This document shows positions 59,680 through 64,000 of a stretch of 64,000 bases of DNA, piece by piece. How positions within the stretch are numbered: the stretch's first letter is position 1; each line of letters starts with the position of its first letter. Below the pieces are notes generated by a model. That model made no database searches. It saw only the letters and a program-made list of their open reading frames with translations, and was not told where the DNA came from. The position numbers and the translations under genes were made by a program. Source of the stretch: an uncultured Candidatus Saccharibacteria bacterium (GTDB taxonomy: Bacteria > Patescibacteriota > Minisyncoccia > Phycocordibacterales > UBA918); assembly GCA_964350645.1 (NCBI GenBank), contig CAYGJY010000002.1, positions 97,538-161,537 of the forward strand. The letters run 5' to 3'.

Positions 59680-60516
59680 ATGGCCGATAAACAACGTGCG
59701 GCTCTGGAAGCCGCCATCGAAGCTGCATGGGAAGCCCGCGATACGATCACCCCCGCCACAAGGGGCGATCAGCGCGACGCCATCGAGGCAACGCTGGAGG
59801 CGCTGGACAAGGGCGCGCTGCGTGTCGCGGAACGTCAGGCGGACGGCACATGGCATGTGAACCAGTGGGCCAAGAAGGCCGTTCTGCTGGGGTTCCGGAT
59901 CAAGGACATGGAAATGCAGTCCGGCGGCCCGCAGGGCGGCGGCTGGTGGGACAAGGTCGACAGCAAGTTTGCCGGATGGGGCGATGCGCAGTGGAAATCC
60001 GCCGGGTTCCGTGCCGTTCCCAACTGCATCGTGCGCAAGTCCGCCTATATCGCCAAGGGCGTGGTTCTGATGCCGTCTTTCGTCAATCTCGGCGCCCATG
60101 TCGGCGAGGGGACGATGGTCGACACCTGGGCCACGGTCGGGTCTTGCGCGCAGATCGGCAAGAATGTGCATCTGTCCGGCGGTGTCGGCATCGGCGGGGT
60201 GCTGGAGCCGATGCAGGCCGGGCCGACGATCATCGAGGACAACTGTTTCATCGGTGCGCGGTCCGAGGTTGTCGAAGGCTGCATCGTGCGCGAGGGATCG
60301 GTGCTCGGCATGGGCGTCTATATCGGCCAGTCCACCAAGATCGTTGACCGGGAAACCGGCAAATTCACTTATGGCGAGGTGCCCGCCGGGTCTGTCGTCG
60401 TGTCCGGCTCACTGCCGTCCAAGAACGGTGTGAACCTTTATTGCGCGGTGATCGTGAAGCGGGTGGATGCGCAGACCCGGTCGAAAACTTCGATCAACGA
60501 GCTACTGCGCGACTGA
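59680..60516 (+). CDS. dapD: Tetrahydrodipicolinate N-succinyltransferase, alphaproteobacterial type
   Basis: [58 protein letters not shown]; GC well above flanks (37/60 in one sampled line). Confidence 0.97.
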   Translation: MADKQRAALEAAIEAAWEARDTITPATRGDQRDAIEATLEALDKGALRVAERQADGTWHVNQWAKKAVLLGFRIKDMEMQSGGPQGGGWWDKVDSKFAGWGDAQWKSAGFRAVPNCIVRKSAYIAKGVVLMPSFVNLGAHVGEGTMVDTWATVGSCAQIGKNVHLSGGVGIGGVLEPMQAGPTIIEDNCFIGARSEVVEGCIVREGSVLGMGVYIGQSTKIVDRETGKFTYGEVPAGSVVVSGSLPSKNGVNLYCAVIVKRVDAQTRSKTSINELLRD

Positions 60517-60616
60517 GCGCAGGAGCGGTGGCCGAGCGATAGCGAGGCCACCCATGTTCTTCCGTTCTTTGGAGGATCCTTCCGCCCGCCCTTGCGATAG
60601 CTTGGGCGGGCGGCTT

Positions 60617-61015
60617 CTATTTTTCTAAACTATCTAAAATCTCTTCAATAGAATCAACCCAGATAGCTGCTGGGTGGTAGTTGAACATAGCACAATCTTT
60701 TTGGTCGCCGAGGATAAAGATTTTCGGACTGCCGGTTTTGAGGTAGGTAGCGACTGCTGCGCCATACTCGACATACATGCCAGTACCCTCAGGGTGGGGC
60801 AGGAGGACAAAGAAATCGGCTTCAATAGCACCGTTGAAGGCACGTTCGGCGGTGTGAGCCGTCTTGGTTGGATCTGCATCGTAGGGCTTTACGTCTTCAC
60901 CATTCATCCAGTCAAAGGTCATGGTGTGACCAGCAGCTTCGAATTCAGCTTTTAAGGCTAAGGCTTTTTGGCGCAAGGGTTCGTCACTAAAACGAGTAGC
61001 CAGGTAGAATTTCAT
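60617..61015 (-). CDS. Nucleoside 2-deoxyribosyltransferase-like protein
   Basis: FYLATRF, EADFFVLL, GTGMYVEYGAA. Confidence 0.7.
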   Translation of the reverse strand: MKFYLATRFSDEPLRQKALALKAEFEAAGHTMTFDWMNGEDVKPYDADPTKTAHTAERAFNGAIEADFFVLLPHPEGTGMYVEYGAAVATYLKTGSPKIFILGDQKDCAMFNYHPAAIWVDSIEEILDSLEK

Positions 61016-61082
61016 AGCGTCATAATACTAAATCATAGCAACTAGTCCATATGTGTAATAAATTTGGTATGATAGCGGCATT

Positions 61083-62006
61083 ATGATTACTCATTATTTC
61101 CGGACCCTTAAAGATAGTGAGCTGAAGCAAGTCGAGGCGGTGCGTAGTGGTGTTTGGACACACGTAGTAGAACCGACTGAGGCTGAACTCGCTCAGGTGG
61201 TGAAAGACTTTGTGCTTGATGAGGCGATTGTTGAGGATATTCAAGACTTTTTTGAGGTGCCACGTATGGAACGCTCACATGGCGCCAGCTATTTCTTTAC
61301 TCGATACCCGTTTGGACAAAGTAAAGAGGATATTGAAACAGCGCCACTCTTGATTGTTATGGGGGAGTCCTTTGTACTAACAATCGCGCAGCGTGAAGTA
61401 CCTGGCTTTAAGCCGTTTATCGATGGGCGTGAAGAAATTTTTACTACGCAAAAAACCAAGTTGTTTATTACTATCATGGCGACGGTGACCAAAGCCTATG
61501 AACGACAGCTGGTTCGCACGAGGCGGGCAGTACAGAAGGATCGAACCCAGCTGCGTTCAATTGGACCAAAAGAAATCGCTCGACTTGTGCAATACGAACA
61601 TGAGCTCAATGATCTTTTGGCGGCGGTAGTGCCGACGAATGCTTGGTTGCAGCAGGTGACCAAGAGCAATAGCATGCAGCTCTTCAATGAAGATGTTGAA
61701 CTGATGGAGGACTTGATGATTGCAAATGCCCAGTTGATCGAATCATCACGCTCAGTTTTGCGGACAATCCAAAATGTACGCAGTGCAACTGAAGCGATTC
61801 TCACGAGTAACTTGAACGTCACAATTAAAACCCTTACTGTCATCACGATTTTGCTTACCATTCCAACCTTAGTGTCTTCGCTCTTTGGGATGAATGTGGT
61901 GGTACCACTTGGTGAACATATGCATGCCTTTTGGTTAATCATTACGCTAATTTTGGCTTCGGTCTCAATGTTGGTCTGGTACTTTAAAAGAATTAATTGG
62001 CTCTAG
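61083..62006 (+). CDS. corA: CorA Mg2+ transporter
   Basis: PTLVSSLFGMN, two C-terminal TMs. Confidence 0.93.
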   Translation: MITHYFRTLKDSELKQVEAVRSGVWTHVVEPTEAELAQVVKDFVLDEAIVEDIQDFFEVPRMERSHGASYFFTRYPFGQSKEDIETAPLLIVMGESFVLTIAQREVPGFKPFIDGREEIFTTQKTKLFITIMATVTKAYERQLVRTRRAVQKDRTQLRSIGPKEIARLVQYEHELNDLLAAVVPTNAWLQQVTKSNSMQLFNEDVELMEDLMIANAQLIESSRSVLRTIQNVRSATEAILTSNLNVTIKTLTVITILLTIPTLVSSLFGMNVVVPLGEHMHAFWLIITLILASVSMLVWYFKRINWL

Positions 62007-62016
62007 GCACACAGGT

Positions 62017-62961
62017 ATGTATACTCCAAAACCATTTCATGAAGGTTATTTACCAGAACAAGACGGTCATAAAGTGTATTTTGCGCAGTATGGTAACCCT
62101 GATGGGGAGGTGATTGTGAGTTTGCATGGTGGGCCAGGATCTGCGAGTAAATCATCGCACCCAACTCGGTTTGACTTAGAGACATACCAAGTAGTAGTGT
62201 TTGACCAGCGGGGCGCTGGCAAAAGTGAACCGACTGGCTTACTCGAGCACAATACAACTGACGCGTTGATTACAGACATTGAACGACTTCGTGAACAACT
62301 GGGGATAGAAAGCTGGTTTGTGTCGGGTACCAGCTGGGGTTCAACATTGTCGTTATTATATGCTGAAGCCTATCCTGAGCGGGTGAAAGGATTATTGCTT
62401 TCAGCGATCTTTTTGGCTGATACTGCATCATGGGAATGGATGTCGACGACGCCTGATGGCGCAGGGCAGCTGTATACTGATCTCTGGGCAGAGCGTATGC
62501 GGGTGTTTGAAAAGTATGGTGCAACCGCAGAAAATGCCGCCCAGATTTTCTATGACAAACTACTCGGTGCTACACCAGAGGAAGCGCAGGAGATCACCGC
62601 TGACTACCTCAATTGGGAGAAGAATTTACTGGTGGCAGACAATCTCTCTTTGATGAATCCGTCAGAGGTGAGCGATAACCACATCACGTACGTCAAGATA
62701 TTTTTACACTACGAAGTTAATAATTGTTTTATTGAAGATAATCAGATACTCAAGAATGTTTCTAAGATAACAGATATTCCAGTGGTTTTGATACATGGAC
62801 GACACGATGTGGTTTGTCCATTTGACGGTGCGTGGCGGTTGCACCGGGCTTTGCCACAATCAAAACTTGTAGCTTTGCCGCAGAGTAACCATGCGTTCAC
62901 TCCAGATGGAGAAATGGCGCGGTATTGGGCCTATAAAGCGTTTTTGGCTGGATTGCAGTAG
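62017..62961 (+). CDS. pip: Prolyl aminopeptidase (alpha/beta hydrolase)
   Basis: HGGPG, FDQRGAGKS, GTSWGS, GRHDVVCP. Confidence 0.9.
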   Translation: MYTPKPFHEGYLPEQDGHKVYFAQYGNPDGEVIVSLHGGPGSASKSSHPTRFDLETYQVVVFDQRGAGKSEPTGLLEHNTTDALITDIERLREQLGIESWFVSGTSWGSTLSLLYAEAYPERVKGLLLSAIFLADTASWEWMSTTPDGAGQLYTDLWAERMRVFEKYGATAENAAQIFYDKLLGATPEEAQEITADYLNWEKNLLVADNLSLMNPSEVSDNHITYVKIFLHYEVNNCFIEDNQILKNVSKITDIPVVLIHGRHDVVCPFDGAWRLHRALPQSKLVALPQSNHAFTPDGEMARYWAYKAFLAGLQ

Positions 62962-62977
62962 GGGAGTGAGATGGGGC

Positions 62978-63018
62978 GCAAAAGGGTCGGAAAAGCTTCG
63001 CTTTTCCGACCCTTTTGC
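62978..63018. terminator. Terminator
   Basis: GCAAAAGGGTCGGAAAAGC-TTC-GCTTTTCCGACCCTTTTGC. Confidence 0.8.
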
Positions 63019-63102
63019 CAATTTCAGTATTATATTGCCAAATCCTAACTAGCTGTGAAAGAAAAGGCTAATTCGCCCGTCTTCACGTATAATGGTTCTT
63101 GC

Positions 63103-63696
63103 ATGGCAGGTCCGAAACAGACAGGCAATATACGCGAGAGCCACGAACAGCGTTTCCTAGCAGCGTTTGAAGAGTACGGTGATGCTCTTTTTCGCCACGC
63201 GACGTTACGTGTAAGTGATCGAGAACGAGCCATTGATATCGTGCACGACACGTATGCCAAAGTATGGACATACGTGCGTAACGGTCACGAAATCGAGCAG
63301 TTTCGCCCTTTTTTATACAAGGTACTCAATAATTTGATTATTGATGAATACCGGAAGCATAAAGAAACGTCGCTCGATGCGCTCTTTGAAAAAGACGGCG
63401 TGGATGATGGCTCATTTGATGAGTTGTCAGAAAACACCGTTGATTCCCTCGCTGCGACTATCGACGGTCGCAAGGCCTTCGCAGTGGTCGACAAGCTTCC
63501 CGATGTCTATCGAGAAGTTATTATCCTCCGCTTTATCGATGAGCTTGGACCAAAGGAGATTAGTGAGCTGATTGAAGAGTCAGAAAACGTCGTTTCGGTT
63601 CGCTTGCATCGTGGTCTTAAATTACTTCGCGATACCATGGCGGCCGAAGAAAAAGCCCTTACTGCTCAAAAAACAACCACCAAAAACACCACATAA
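63103..63696 (+). CDS. ECF sigma-70 factor
   Basis: DIVHDTYAKVW, FLYKVLNNLIIDEYRK, VSVRLHRG; TATAAT just upstream. Confidence 0.9.
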   Translation: MAGPKQTGNIRESHEQRFLAAFEEYGDALFRHATLRVSDRERAIDIVHDTYAKVWTYVRNGHEIEQFRPFLYKVLNNLIIDEYRKHKETSLDALFEKDGVDDGSFDELSENTVDSLAATIDGRKAFAVVDKLPDVYREVIILRFIDELGPKEISELIEESENVVSVRLHRGLKLLRDTMAAEEKALTAQKTTTKNTT

Positions 63697-63701
63697 ACCA
63701 C

Positions 63702-64000
63702 ATGAAACGCTTTGCCGAACAACTAAAGAAACAATCAGCCACCGTACGATTACGGGCGGCTGAAAAACGTGAACTCAAAGAGCGTCTTGTAGCGTATATG
63801 GAGTATCATCCGTTGCCGCAAACTATGGCTGTGCCACCTGCAACCGAACGTCTTCAGTCTGAACCATTCTCACTGTTGAATTTAAATACGTTTGAGATTC
63901 GTTCGCTCTTGGGTACCTTTGCAGTATTGTTACTCATCTTTGTGCCTGTGGTAGCAGAACGTTCAGTGCCGGGTGATGTGCTCTATCCAGTGAAGGTTAA
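63702..64000 (+). CDS. Putative anti-sigma / DUF5667-like membrane protein (3' end lies outside the window)
   Basis: MKRFAEQLKK...TM...AERSVPGDVLYPVK, directly after the ECF sigma. Confidence 0.7.
   Translation, partial: MKRFAEQLKKQSATVRLRAAEKRELKERLVAYMEYHPLPQTMAVPPATERLQSEPFSLLNLNTFEIRSLLGTFAVLLLIFVPVVAERSVPGDVLYPVKV

Noticed and set aside
59455-60433. Long overlapping ORFs (238, 206, 111 aa) around dapD
   Set aside because: Shadow frames caused by high GC3; dapD explains the region.
1-64000. Alternative genetic code (UGA=Gly, as in Gracilibacteria)
   Set aside because: Conserved genes are full length under code 11, and TGA terminates several genes (pcrA, NYN, EamA, dapD).

Overview
Origin-proximal chromosome segment of a small-genome bacterium. 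Gene content, short genes and SD-less starts point to Patescibacteria/CPR, Parcubacteria-like (inference). The genetic code is standard. The core backbone includes ruvB, yebC, ruvC, tyrS, a class A PBP, dnaN-oriC-dnaA, rpmH-rnpA-yidC, rsmA, pcrA, comM, pnp, rpsO, a Xer recombinase, xth, cca, def, yraN, corA, an ECF sigma pair and three tRNAs. Next to the origin lies a Patescibacteria-type T4SS-like cluster (pilin-like, VirB4, PrgI, VirB6-like). carAB and ATP-citrate lyase are unusual for CPR. Signals that annotation does not explain: (1) two or more long, ORF-free, heavily base-paired intergenic loci with their own promoter and terminator motifs (about 596-1005 and 49935-50637), which share a CTCCAGAG...TCTGGAG stem; (2) isolated accessory genes that, unlike core genes, have full promoters, often 5' hairpins, and Shine-Dalgarno sites, including a GC-rich alphaproteobacterial (Rhodobacteraceae-like) dapD and an unannotated GC-rich 59-aa ORF; (3) about 11 parS-like sites in 2.25 kb, mostly written into coding sequence; (4) a recurring 18-bp palindrome TGTCCTTTATAAAGGACA. 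All calls were made by eye; no database searches were run.
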